Origin: an uncultured Pseudomonadota bacterium
GTDB lineage: Bacteria; Pseudomonadota; Alphaproteobacteria; UBA3830
DNA: 64,000 nucleotides
Direction of reading: 5' to 3'
NCBI GenBank assembly: GCA_902771535.1
Contig: CACXWU010000003.1
Location: 20,813 to 84,812 of the forward strand
Position numbers and translations under genes: made by a program
Shown here: piece after piece, positions 28,539 to 37,522 of the stretch
Layout of the letters: every line of letters starts with the position of its first letter
Position numbering within the stretch: position 1 is the first letter of the stretch
Notes under the pieces: model-generated
The model's input: the letters and a program-made list of their open reading frames with translations, nothing else
Databases searched by the model: none
Told to the model about the DNA's origin: nothing

Positions 28539-29483
28539 ATGAAAAGAGTAGTAGGTCTCGCAGCATTTTGTTGTATGGCGTTGAATGTAGGTATTGTGTT
28601 AAATGTGGAAGCAGAAAGCAACTTAGAAATGAATTCCAATGTTAGGGAATTTCTCAGAATGAGGGAAGAAGACCCCGATGTTAAGAAATATCTCAAAATA
28701 ATAAAAAATAAGAACGTTAAGAAATATTTCGAAATAAGAAGAGATTCGAAAGTTAAAGAATATATTAATAAATATATCAATCGAAAAAGAAACAGCAACA
28801 TAGACTCAAACTCAAGGGATGAATCGAACAATTTCGGCTACGATGCGGATAATGGATCTTCTGATTCCGAACAAATTTCAAACAGGAAAAGAAGATATAG
28901 CAACATAGACTCAAACTCAAGGGATGAATCGAACAATTTCGGCTACGATGCGGATAATGAATCTTCTGATTCCGAACAAACTTCCAAAAAAATAAAAAAG
29001 AGGAAAAATAACAGAAAGAGGAAAAATAACAGAAATAGAAAAAATAAAAACAGGAATCGATCAAATCGGAATAATGTGACGAACAAAAACTATCAAAATG
29101 AGTTCGCTCTCAATGAACCAATTATCGATGGAGCTAAACTCCAAAAATCATCTGTAGTTGTGGAAAAAGACATAAAATTGGCGAACAAGGATGAATCCAA
29201 AAACGTCGAGAAAAAGATTTCTCCGATAGAGCTGTCTCCATTAGATAAAAAGGAAGTTTTGGCTCAAAATGATTCAGCAAAAGATCTAAAACTGGCAGCA
29301 AATTTCGATGATTCCAAAAAAGAAATCAAGGAGAAATTACTCCAGGTGAATAACAGCCGAAAAAGTTACAATCTGATCAGAACTCCGAATAAAAAACTTA
29401 AGAATAATATTCAAGTAAGTAAATTCCGCGAGGAACTCGATCGTTACAGAAGGCTGTATTCTGCGAATCTGAAAAAAGCCTAA
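28539..29483 (+). CDS. Secreted low-complexity repeat protein with a basic NLS-like tract
   Basis: ATG at 28539 follows the gtggagg RBS. Signal peptide MKRVVGLAAFCCMALNVGIVLNVEA. Two copies of SNIDSNSRDESNNFGYDADNxSSDSEQ are followed by KKIKKRKNNRKRKNNRNRKNKNRNRSNRNN. Confidence 0.7.
   Translation: MKRVVGLAAFCCMALNVGIVLNVEAESNLEMNSNVREFLRMREEDPDVKKYLKIIKNKNVKKYFEIRRDSKVKEYINKYINRKRNSNIDSNSRDESNNFGYDADNGSSDSEQISNRKRRYSNIDSNSRDESNNFGYDADNESSDSEQTSKKIKKRKNNRKRKNNRNRKNKNRNRSNRNNVTNKNYQNEFALNEPIIDGAKLQKSSVVVEKDIKLANKDESKNVEKKISPIELSPLDKKEVLAQNDSAKDLKLAANFDDSKKEIKEKLLQVNNSRKSYNLIRTPNKKLKNNIQVSKFREELDRYRRLYSANLKKA
28782..28986 (+). repeat. 105-bp in-frame tandem duplication inside the repeat protein gene
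   Basis: agcaacatagactcaaactcaagggatgaatcgaacaatttcggctacgatgcggataatg occurs at 28794 and again at 28899, a 105-bp period. The core is essentially identical. Confidence 0.85.
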
Positions 29484-29593
29484 TAGCGAGAAAGAGAGAT
29501 ATACATTATGGAAAAAGTAACGCTTGGTTTGGACCATGAGAGAACTCCTGACTGTATCGAACTGCCAAACCAAGTCATGGAGAGGAGAATTCA

Positions 29594-29752
29594 ATGAATA
29601 GTGAAAATATTGTAAAGACATTTCGTGATAACAAGTCTGCAAAATCAGAAAAAATAACAAAAAATTTCATTGAAAAAAATGATCGATTGAAGCTTTTAAA
29701 AAACGGAGCTCTCAAGACTATAGAAAGCGCAAAAATCGCGAACGACAATTAA
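29594..29752 (+). CDS. 52-aa hypothetical ORF
   Basis: MNSENIVKTFRDNKSAKSEKITKNFIEKNDRLKLLKNGALKTIESAKIANDN behind ggagaggag. A 29-aa ORF precedes it at 29507-29596. No similarity recognised. Confidence 0.2.
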   Translation: MNSENIVKTFRDNKSAKSEKITKNFIEKNDRLKLLKNGALKTIESAKIANDN

Positions 29753-29845
29753 ACAAAAGAAAAAATTAGCGTAGGTGCTCGGGAAAATTCAAAATGCTAC
29801 TTTTGTTTTTCCAAGTATTATGATAGATTTCAAATGGTTTCAAAA

Positions 29846-29920
<75 letters not shown>

Positions 29921-30017
29921 TCTCAAAAAAAATTTTGAACGTATTGCTGCCAAACTGAAGCGGCTATCTGTATTGAGAATTCCTGTCCCGCAACAATCGC
30001 CAGCTATATTGATCTGT

Positions 30018-30899
30018 CTAAGAAACAATATCTCGCAAATCAAAGGCCTCTATAAATTCTCGCCATTCGCCCTTGCTCAGTCCGCTGGTTTCCTGAGAAA
30101 TTTTTTCTCCTTGCAACATTTTTTTATTGAGATCGATACATTTTTTCGAAATGCTCACCGAATTTTTCCGATAATTCATGAAAGCGTCATACGCAAACGG
30201 AACCCAGGCTTTAACAATATCCAAAATCGCGTTGGCGTAACACTGAATTTCATATTGAGCATGAGAATCAGCACGCAATCTCAAGAAATGAAACAGATTA
30301 TGTAAGTCGATTTTCCAATACATTTCGGTGTAAACATTTACGGGCAAAATAGTCCTGGCGAGCTCTCGAGTCAGCCCCAAATCATTGAGCATGTGGGAAT
30401 ATTTTTCGTAGGCCTGTTCGCTGAATTCCGCCAAAGTTTTCGCGATTTCCAGCTTATCCTTCTGAGGCATTGCATCATCTGTTCTACCCTGTTTATTGGT
30501 TTTGGACTGCCCCGCGATTTTCGACAGCTCCGGAATATAAAATTCATCACTCAATACTGAATATCTCGCGGAATACTCGTTAATATTTGCCGTACGATGT
30601 CGAACCCAATGCCTCATCACGAAAATAGGAAGCTTTACATGCAACTTTATTTCGCACATTTCAAACGGAGTTGTGTGTCCATGCCTCATCAAATAATTGA
30701 TAAGCCCGCGATCTTCATTTACCTGTTTTGTTCCCGCGCCGTAAGAAACCCTCGCCGCCTGCACAATCGACGAATCATTTCCCATATAATCTACAACACG
30801 AATAAACCCGTGATCCAAAACGGGAATCGTTTTGCTTAAAATTTTCTCCAGTTCCGCGGAAACAACTCTTCCGGTTTCGTTTTTCACAGCATCACACAT
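30018..30899 (-). CDS. thyX: FAD-dependent thymidylate synthase
   Basis: 293-aa ORF with the ThyX signature RHRTANINEYSARYS (RHRxxSxxxxSxR). Confidence 0.9.
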   Translation of the reverse strand: MCDAVKNETGRVVSAELEKILSKTIPVLDHGFIRVVDYMGNDSSIVQAARVSYGAGTKQVNEDRGLINYLMRHGHTTPFEMCEIKLHVKLPIFVMRHWVRHRTANINEYSARYSVLSDEFYIPELSKIAGQSKTNKQGRTDDAMPQKDKLEIAKTLAEFSEQAYEKYSHMLNDLGLTRELARTILPVNVYTEMYWKIDLHNLFHFLRLRADSHAQYEIQCYANAILDIVKAWVPFAYDAFMNYRKNSVSISKKCIDLNKKMLQGEKISQETSGLSKGEWREFIEAFDLRDIVS

Positions 30900-30982
30900 T
30901 TTTTATCTCCTATGTTTCGATTCCCTTCTTCATCTGATATTATAACGACAATTGAAAAAAATACACCTGAAAAAGGAGGTTC

Positions 30983-31873
30983 ATGGAAAGACTTATTAAC
31001 GGAAAAGCAATCGCCGAAAAATTTTGCGAAACTCTGAAAAAGAAAGTCGAAAAACTGAAAGACCACGGGATTACTCCGTGCATAGCTTTGATAAAAGCGA
31101 ATAATGATCCGGCCAGCGAAATATATGTCTCCAAAAAAGAAAATTTAGCAAAAGTTTTGGGAATAAGATCACAGACTTACAAATTTCTTCCGGGGGTAAA
31201 AGAAGATTTTTTGAAAAATTTGATTAATGATCTGAATCAGGATCCGACCGTTCACGCAATACTGCTTCAGTCTCCGCTCGCTGAGGGTTTGAGCTTCAAA
31301 AAGTTGATAAATTTTATCTCGCCGGAGAAAGATGTGGACGGGCTTACCTCCGTCAATCAGGGGAAATTGTTCGCCGGAGAAGATTGCGTTCTCCCATGCA
31401 CTCCTCAAGGTGTTATGCATTTAATTCACTCGGTAAAAAAGAATATTTCAGGTATGCATGCGGTCGTTTTGGGACGGTCAGTTATTGTCGGACGTCCAAT
31501 GATCTCGTTACTGTTAAATAATGATTGCACGGTTACCGCGTTACACTCGAAATCGAAAAATGTTCTGGGAATTTGCTCGAATGCCGATATCATCGTGAGT
31601 GCGATTGGAAAGCCGAAATTTATCACCAAAGATTTTATCAAACCGGGAGCAATAGTCATAGATGTCGGAATAAATCGAATCATAACTCCAGAAGGCAAGA
31701 AAAAAGTTGTCGGAGACGTCGATCTCGATGATGTTTGGAATTCTGTGGAAGCAATCACTCCCGTACCTAACGGTGTCGGCCCTATGACGGTGGCCTATCT
31801 AATGAGCAATACCGTTAATTTGGCGATAAATCAAAATCGAAAAAAGATAGGTCTCACGCTTGATAAATTTTGA
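30983..31873 (+). CDS. folD: Bifunctional methylenetetrahydrofolate dehydrogenase/cyclohydrolase
   Basis: 296-aa ORF with VGxxPAS-like NDPASEIYVSKK, DVDGL, CTPQGVMHLI, VVLGRSVIVGRPM and PVPNGVGPMT. Confidence 0.95.
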   Translation: MERLINGKAIAEKFCETLKKKVEKLKDHGITPCIALIKANNDPASEIYVSKKENLAKVLGIRSQTYKFLPGVKEDFLKNLINDLNQDPTVHAILLQSPLAEGLSFKKLINFISPEKDVDGLTSVNQGKLFAGEDCVLPCTPQGVMHLIHSVKKNISGMHAVVLGRSVIVGRPMISLLLNNDCTVTALHSKSKNVLGICSNADIIVSAIGKPKFITKDFIKPGAIVIDVGINRIITPEGKKKVVGDVDLDDVWNSVEAITPVPNGVGPMTVAYLMSNTVNLAINQNRKKIGLTLDKF

Positions 31874-31981
31874 TAAATCAGAAAAAATCAGCCTTTTCGG
31901 TACCAAATTTATTTTTCTTTCGCATTGAGTTCTTTTTGCTCGTTTTGTATCATTTACGAGGTTATTTTTTAGAGAGGAATT

Positions 31982-32434
31982 ATGGCAGAAGAACAGCAAG
32001 AACAAGTTTTGGGAGTGGTTGCTCAATATACTAAGGATTTGTCTTTTGAGAATATAAATCCGATTTCGCAAATCACTGCTTCCAACGAACAGCCGAATAT
32101 CGATGTTCAATTAAAAGTTAATACAAACAAAACAAAGCAGAAAGACATTTATAGCGTTGAACTAATCACCGAAATCACTACAAAGGTAAAGAATACGACT
32201 TTATTTGTATTAGAATTAACCTACTGCGGTGAGTTTTTGATAAAGGGATTCGATAAGGAATTGATAAACCCGATTCTGTATATCGAGTGCCCTCGTTTGT
32301 TGTTCCCGTTTGCTCGGAGCATAATTTCCAACGCGGTAAATGAAGGTGGTTTCCCTCCGTTGTTCTTGGCTCCTGTTGATTTTGCGAGCTTGTATCAGCA
32401 GCAGATGGAATCTCAAAATCAGGTAAAACAATAA
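31982..32434 (+). CDS. secB: Protein-export chaperone SecB
   Basis: 150-aa ORF with ECPRLLFPFARSIISNAVNEGGFPPLFLAPVDF, the characteristic SecB core. Confidence 0.9.
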   Translation: MAEEQQEQVLGVVAQYTKDLSFENINPISQITASNEQPNIDVQLKVNTNKTKQKDIYSVELITEITTKVKNTTLFVLELTYCGEFLIKGFDKELINPILYIECPRLLFPFARSIISNAVNEGGFPPLFLAPVDFASLYQQQMESQNQVKQ

Positions 32435-32444
32435 ATTAAAGGAA

Positions 32445-35255
32445 TTGAATTTGAAGAAAAACGTCATCAAATCTGAAGACCAGCTTTCACTATTGGATTG
32501 TGATTTCAGTGATGACGTTGCTTCAAGTTTTCAATCAAAAAAAAACTCTTCTGATTTAAAAAAAATTTCATTGGAGAAGGAATCCATCAACGAAAAATTC
32601 GAATCGGAAGGGGTTTCGGTTGAAAAAACTGCCGAGCCAAATTCTGTTGAAGCAAAATCAAACTGCGAAAAAAATTCTGAGAAAAAGAAATTGGCGATTT
32701 TGGTGGACGGATCGAATTTTATCTATCGAGCATTTTATGCGTTGCCGCAACTAACCGCTCCCGACGGAAACCCTGTTGGAGCGGTATATGGATTTTGTTC
32801 AATGCTTATTTCTCTTCTGGGAAAGCACGAATCTGATTTGTTTTGCGTTGCGCTCGACGCCGGACGCGATACCTTTCGTAAAGAAATTTATCACGAATAT
32901 AAAAACAACAGGGACGAAACACCGGCCGATTTAAAGTCGCAATTTCCGATTTTGATCGAAGCGTGTCGTGCTTTCGGAGTTCCCGTAATCGAGACAGTCG
33001 GATATGAAGCTGACGACATCATTGCAACAATCGCGACAAAGTTATCTCGGCAAAATTATGAAGTCCGGATCATAGCTTCCGACAAAGATTTGATGCAGCT
33101 GATCGACGAAAATATTTATTTATTCGATCCTATAAAATCAAAGGTCATAAAAGAAAAAGAAGTCTTGGAAAAATACGGAGTAGGGCCGCATCAAATGGTG
33201 TCGCTGCAGGCGTTGATGGGAGACTCCACCGATAATATTCCGGGAGTCCAAGGCGTCGGCCCGAAAACTGCGGCGAAGTTGCTCAACCAATTTCAGTTGC
33301 TGGAAAATATATATAACGAAATCGAAAAAGTAACTCCGCAAAAACTCAAAGAAAAATTGATCAACCAAAAAGATATGGTGGAAATTTCTGAAAAATTAGT
33401 CACCCTTTGCAGGAATGTACCTATTGATGAAGACTTTTCGAATTTCAAAATAAATCTTGATCCGGAAGAAACAAAAAACTTTTTGGATAAATATAAGTTC
33501 AATTCGCTGGTGAAAAGGTTCGAGAAACAAATTAATCAAATCGAAAAAAGGCAGCGTCGTTATCTCAACTTTTCAAAACTGAACGAACTGAAAAATTTTT
33601 TTGAGATGAGTCGAGCGAAAAAATTCAGTATTTTTTCCACCACTTGTTTTAATCAAAGCGAGATTCTGGTCGTCTGCACAGAATCTCATGTTGTCAGTTG
33701 TTTTTTCGTTCGAGATGACGGTGAAGAAAATCTGTTCACCGAAAAAAATATTCTTAGTTATGGTGATATCCAAAAAGTTTTAGATCCGTATTTGAAAAAC
33801 GAATCGATAGAAAAAATTGGGTTGCGGGGCGCTCTCAGATTATTCCCAAACATGAGGTCATTTAATGATGTCGGCGCGATGGGATATTTGCTTCATGGGG
33901 TCATTGGAAACAAAATTTCCGACCTGTTTCCGGATAATGATTCCTATATCTGTAAGTTTAATTTCTCCGAAATCTGTAACGTGGAACAGTGCTGCCTGTT
34001 GGCGTCTCTCATGTTTGATGAATTCGAAAATTTTCGAACGGAATTAATCCGAAATAATTTAATGGATATATATCAGAAAATTGATATGCCTTTAATTCCT
34101 ATCCTGAATAAAATGGAGGAAAAAGGAATTTTGGTTTCGAAGGAAAAACTCCAAAATTTTGCAGAGGAATTAAAAGAAAAAATTAGAAATATCGAAACGG
34201 AATTATTTTCGATCGCTGGACAAGAATTTAATCCGGCATCGGGAAAACAATTATCAAAATTGCTGTTCGATGAACTAAAAATTCCGAAACCATCAAAAAA
34301 AAATTCGTTGGATATTGAAAGTTTGGAAGAGTTGTACGATTACAGCCCGATCCCGAAATTGGTGGTTCAATGGAGAAAGTTGTCCAAGCTGCTTTCCACT
34401 TACACTTATTCCCTTTGTGATTTGTTGAACAAAAAAGACAATAGACTTCACTCTCGATTTAATGTAACGGCAACTTCGACGGGTCGACTTTCTTCATCGA
34501 ATCCGAATCTGCAAAATATTCCTCATCGAACAGAGTTGGGAAAAAGAATTCGATCTGCTTTTATCAGCCCGCAGGGAAGCAAGTTGGTTTCGTTTGATTA
34601 TTCTCAAATCGAATTGCGAGTACTGGCGCATATGGCGGATATAAAATTTTTGAAAGACGCATTTTTGAAAAATTTGGACATCCACCAAGCAACCGCGTCA
34701 CAAATTTTCGATGTGAATTTGGAAAACGTAACGCCAGAAATGCGCGCTCGAGCAAAGACAGTTAACTTCGGAATTATCTACGGCATGTCGCATTTTAGAT
34801 TGGCGAAAAATTTAAATATTTCGAATTCCGAAGCGAGAAATTATATAAAAAATTATTTTCAAAGGTTTCCTGAATTCACAGAATTTCGTGATGATGTTCT
34901 GAACTTTGCTCGGAAAAACGGATATGTCGAAACCTTGATCGGGCGCCGATGTTTTTCGAAAGAAATCAACTCAAAAAATCCTATGTTGAGACAGTTTGGA
35001 GAAAGGCAAGCGTTCAACGCCATTATTCAGGGAACCGCTGCAGACATTGTAAAAATTGCGATGATAAAAGTTTCAAAACGTCTCGTGGATTTCCAATCTT
35101 CTATGATAATTCAAATTCACGACGAACTGGTTTTCGAAACGCCGAATGAATTTGTGGAAAAAAGCATTCCTGTAATAAAAGAAATTATGGAAGACGCATA
35201 CCGTTTATCGGTACCGTTAATTGTTGAATCAAAATTCGACGATCATTTAAAATGA
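32445..35255 (+). CDS. polA: DNA polymerase I
   Basis: 5'-nuclease domain (LVDGSNFIYRAFYA, GYEADDIIAT) and polymerase motifs A/B/C (SFDYSQIELRVLAH, RARAKTVNFGIIYG, QIHDELVFE). The start is uncertain: TTG at 32445 gives an extension of about 83 aa, and an internal TTG just before LAILVDG is an alternative. Confidence 0.9.
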   Translation: MNLKKNVIKSEDQLSLLDCDFSDDVASSFQSKKNSSDLKKISLEKESINEKFESEGVSVEKTAEPNSVEAKSNCEKNSEKKKLAILVDGSNFIYRAFYALPQLTAPDGNPVGAVYGFCSMLISLLGKHESDLFCVALDAGRDTFRKEIYHEYKNNRDETPADLKSQFPILIEACRAFGVPVIETVGYEADDIIATIATKLSRQNYEVRIIASDKDLMQLIDENIYLFDPIKSKVIKEKEVLEKYGVGPHQMVSLQALMGDSTDNIPGVQGVGPKTAAKLLNQFQLLENIYNEIEKVTPQKLKEKLINQKDMVEISEKLVTLCRNVPIDEDFSNFKINLDPEETKNFLDKYKFNSLVKRFEKQINQIEKRQRRYLNFSKLNELKNFFEMSRAKKFSIFSTTCFNQSEILVVCTESHVVSCFFVRDDGEENLFTEKNILSYGDIQKVLDPYLKNESIEKIGLRGALRLFPNMRSFNDVGAMGYLLHGVIGNKISDLFPDNDSYICKFNFSEICNVEQCCLLASLMFDEFENFRTELIRNNLMDIYQKIDMPLIPILNKMEEKGILVSKEKLQNFAEELKEKIRNIETELFSIAGQEFNPASGKQLSKLLFDELKIPKPSKKNSLDIESLEELYDYSPIPKLVVQWRKLSKLLSTYTYSLCDLLNKKDNRLHSRFNVTATSTGRLSSSNPNLQNIPHRTELGKRIRSAFISPQGSKLVSFDYSQIELRVLAHMADIKFLKDAFLKNLDIHQATASQIFDVNLENVTPEMRARAKTVNFGIIYGMSHFRLAKNLNISNSEARNYIKNYFQRFPEFTEFRDDVLNFARKNGYVETLIGRRCFSKEINSKNPMLRQFGERQAFNAIIQGTAADIVKIAMIKVSKRLVDFQSSMIIQIHDELVFETPNEFVEKSIPVIKEIMEDAYRLSVPLIVESKFDDHLK

Positions 35256-36151
35256 TTTTCAAAAAAATTTCCGATCTCGCTTCGGAAACTTGCTAAATCT
35301 TCGGGATCGACGACATCGGCGTCAAATTCATCTTGAGATTTGAATTCCTCGTTCACCGCAAGGATTTGTTTCCTGTTGAAACAACATTTCAGCTTTCTAA
35401 AAGTCATCCCCATCATATAATCAATCGGAAACATGCTATAAAAATCTGCGAAAAATTTTCTCAAATTGGTTTTTCGCAAATTTATAACATAAGCATGCAT
35501 ACCGATACGAAACGGTCGAGCTTTACGAAAACTATCGCGACATCCTAAAAACGCGATATCAAAATCTTGAGGAATCTTTCGTAAAAACATTTTTAATTTC
35601 GTTCGGAAAAAGGGCTTCAGCACAACGTCATCTTCAAAAACCAAAACTTTGTCATAAGCATTTTTATAGCACTGATTCCATAGTGCAAGATGGCTGAAAA
35701 AACACCCGATATCATTTTCCCGAAAATATTTTTTGTACAATCGCAACTTGGTATCCGGATAACGAAGACACTCAGCTACATATTTTTTCATATCACTTTG
35801 ATCTTCAATAAATGAAGAAACCGTCATCCTTTCTGGCTCACTATCCAAAACGGGTTCATCTTCGCCAACCGAAATTTCTCGCCAATCAACTGCGCTAAAT
35901 CTCGAATAATTATCCAACTGAGAATCAAAAAAACTCAATCGATCTTTCGCGCTATCCAAATTAATTACAAAAACAGGAACTTCTTCATTTGGAGTCAGAG
36001 TTTTATCAATATATCGGCAAAATGAATCAAGAAAATAAGAAAGGGAAACAGCAAACAAAGTTACGCCGGCTATCCGAAGAACCGCACCTCCCAAACTTTT
36101 AAACCGTTCTTCAATTAACTTCAGCCTACGCAAATTAACTCTCCATAACAA
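35243..36151 (-). CDS. Glycosyltransferase family 25, second copy
   Basis: VFVINLDSAKDRLSFFDSQL...FSAVDW...GCFFSHLALWNQC...VLVFEDDVVLKPFF. The 3' end overlaps the polA 3' end by 13 bp (convergent). Confidence 0.75.
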   Translation of the reverse strand: MLWRVNLRRLKLIEERFKSLGGAVLRIAGVTLFAVSLSYFLDSFCRYIDKTLTPNEEVPVFVINLDSAKDRLSFFDSQLDNYSRFSAVDWREISVGEDEPVLDSEPERMTVSSFIEDQSDMKKYVAECLRYPDTKLRLYKKYFRENDIGCFFSHLALWNQCYKNAYDKVLVFEDDVVLKPFFRTKLKMFLRKIPQDFDIAFLGCRDSFRKARPFRIGMHAYVINLRKTNLRKFFADFYSMFPIDYMMGMTFRKLKCCFNRKQILAVNEEFKSQDEFDADVVDPEDLASFRSEIGNFFENHFK

Positions 36152-36306
36152 AGACTCTCAAAGAATGATTGTTCCCATTAGTAGCCAATCATTCAAATGC
36201 TGAACACCGTGCTGCCCCTTGGCAACGCGATACCCATCTTCGAACAATTCTACAACAAATTGGTCGGAATTTTTAATAATTTTTGATTTACATCTCGACC
36301 AACATT

Positions 36307-37206
36307 TCACAATTGATCTCCCCATTGCAATTTTCTGCTCGATTTATCCGTCCGCACAATTCGCCGAATTCCATTGCCGGTGCAAACATCAAAAATCGTA
36401 TGCCCGGACTTTTTCATCGGTCTTTTTATAATGGTATTATTTTTAAAAAAACTTGTTTCTTTTTTTGAAAAAATTACGTAACAAAACTTTTCATCCTCGT
36501 AAGGCAAAGCGGCATTTTTTAACTTCGCATGGTGCTTTGTTCTCGGTAATCGAATTGAAAAATGGCACCAATCTTCGTCCGACAATTGACAACCTCGAGT
36601 TGCACAAGGCAGAAGCGGATACCAATTCAATTCCATCGCAATTTTTTTAGCCTCGAGAATATTTTTAAAGCCATTCGGCGTCCCCGGCTCCAAAATAAAA
36701 ACATATTTTTCGGATAAGTCGAATATTTTTTTCAGAGCGGATTTTTTATTTTTTATTTCGTTTATAAAATAGGAAGCAAAAACGGCTTGATAACGGGTTT
36801 CTATCTGAAATTTTAAGAAATCTTCAGAATAAATTTTCGAATCGTCGCCGCTCAATTTTCTGAAAACTTTTCGCATTGCTTCGGACTTTTCCAACGCCTT
36901 GTAACTTATTTCATAATCCCGAAGAGCGATTTTTAAAGCCCCAACTCCAGCGCCTATATCCAAGATATTCGAAAAATTTTTCCCAGTATTTTTGAATCTT
37001 TCCAGAACATATTTTATTACACCGTAGGTTGCAGGCATTCTTCCCAGAGCATAAGCAATTGCATGAGAAAAATTCATTTCTTTAAAATTTTGATTTCGAT
37101 AATTTTTGGAAAGTTCAGAATATGCCCGGACCTCATTTCTATTCACCCCATAAGTTTCGGACAACTCATCAAGACGGAATAAAATATCCTTCGGTAAATC
37201 AAACAT
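36307..37206 (-). CDS. Rsm22-like SAM-dependent methyltransferase
   Basis: SAM motif ILDIGAGVGA plus a C-terminal Cys-rich module LLPCATRGCQLSDEDWCHFSIRLPRT...YEDEKFCYVIF. This module is typical of bacterial Rsm22 homologs, identified from memory. Confidence 0.65.
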   Translation of the reverse strand: MFDLPKDILFRLDELSETYGVNRNEVRAYSELSKNYRNQNFKEMNFSHAIAYALGRMPATYGVIKYVLERFKNTGKNFSNILDIGAGVGALKIALRDYEISYKALEKSEAMRKVFRKLSGDDSKIYSEDFLKFQIETRYQAVFASYFINEIKNKKSALKKIFDLSEKYVFILEPGTPNGFKNILEAKKIAMELNWYPLLPCATRGCQLSDEDWCHFSIRLPRTKHHAKLKNAALPYEDEKFCYVIFSKKETSFFKNNTIIKRPMKKSGHTIFDVCTGNGIRRIVRTDKSSRKLQWGDQL

Positions 37207-37220
37207 TCAGATAAATCTAC

Positions 37221-37520
37221 TCAAATTAATTTTACAATCAACCCATCTAAACTTGAATTCAAAACCACCTGACATGCCAAACGAGAATCCATGCTAACTC
37301 CGGAAACCCTGTCCAGCGTATCGTCTTCTTTTTCGGAAATTTCCGGCAATTTATCCGATAAATTTTCGATTTTTACATGGCATCCGCCACACACGCCAAA
37401 CCCTTCGCAATTGCTGTTAAGTTTTATTCCATTTTTTTCTGCGACTTGCAAAACCGTTTGACCTTCTTCAAAAGAAACGCTTTTTTTTGTTCCGTCTTTC
37501 AATAAAAACGTAATATTCAT
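37221..37520 (-). CDS. fdx: 2Fe-2S ferredoxin of the ISC operon
   Basis: 99-aa ORF with Cys ligands CEGFGVCGGCH...C, directly downstream of hscA. Confidence 0.85.
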   Translation of the reverse strand: MNITFLLKDGTKKSVSFEEGQTVLQVAEKNGIKLNSNCEGFGVCGGCHVKIENLSDKLPEISEKEDDTLDRVSGVSMDSRLACQVVLNSSLDGLIVKLI

Positions 37521-37522
37521 AG

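Noticed and set aside
28782-28986. Regularly spaced repeats (here and in the LRR genes) as a possible CRISPR array.
   Set aside because: The repeats are in-frame coding tandem duplications of 105, 72 and 138 bp with no unique spacers between short repeats. No cas genes are present.
35243-35255. The 13-bp convergent overlap of the polA and GT25 3' ends as a regulatory feature.
   Set aside because: Short convergent overlaps are common in compact genomes. No hairpin or conserved element is evident beyond a near-palindromic atcatttaaaatgat.
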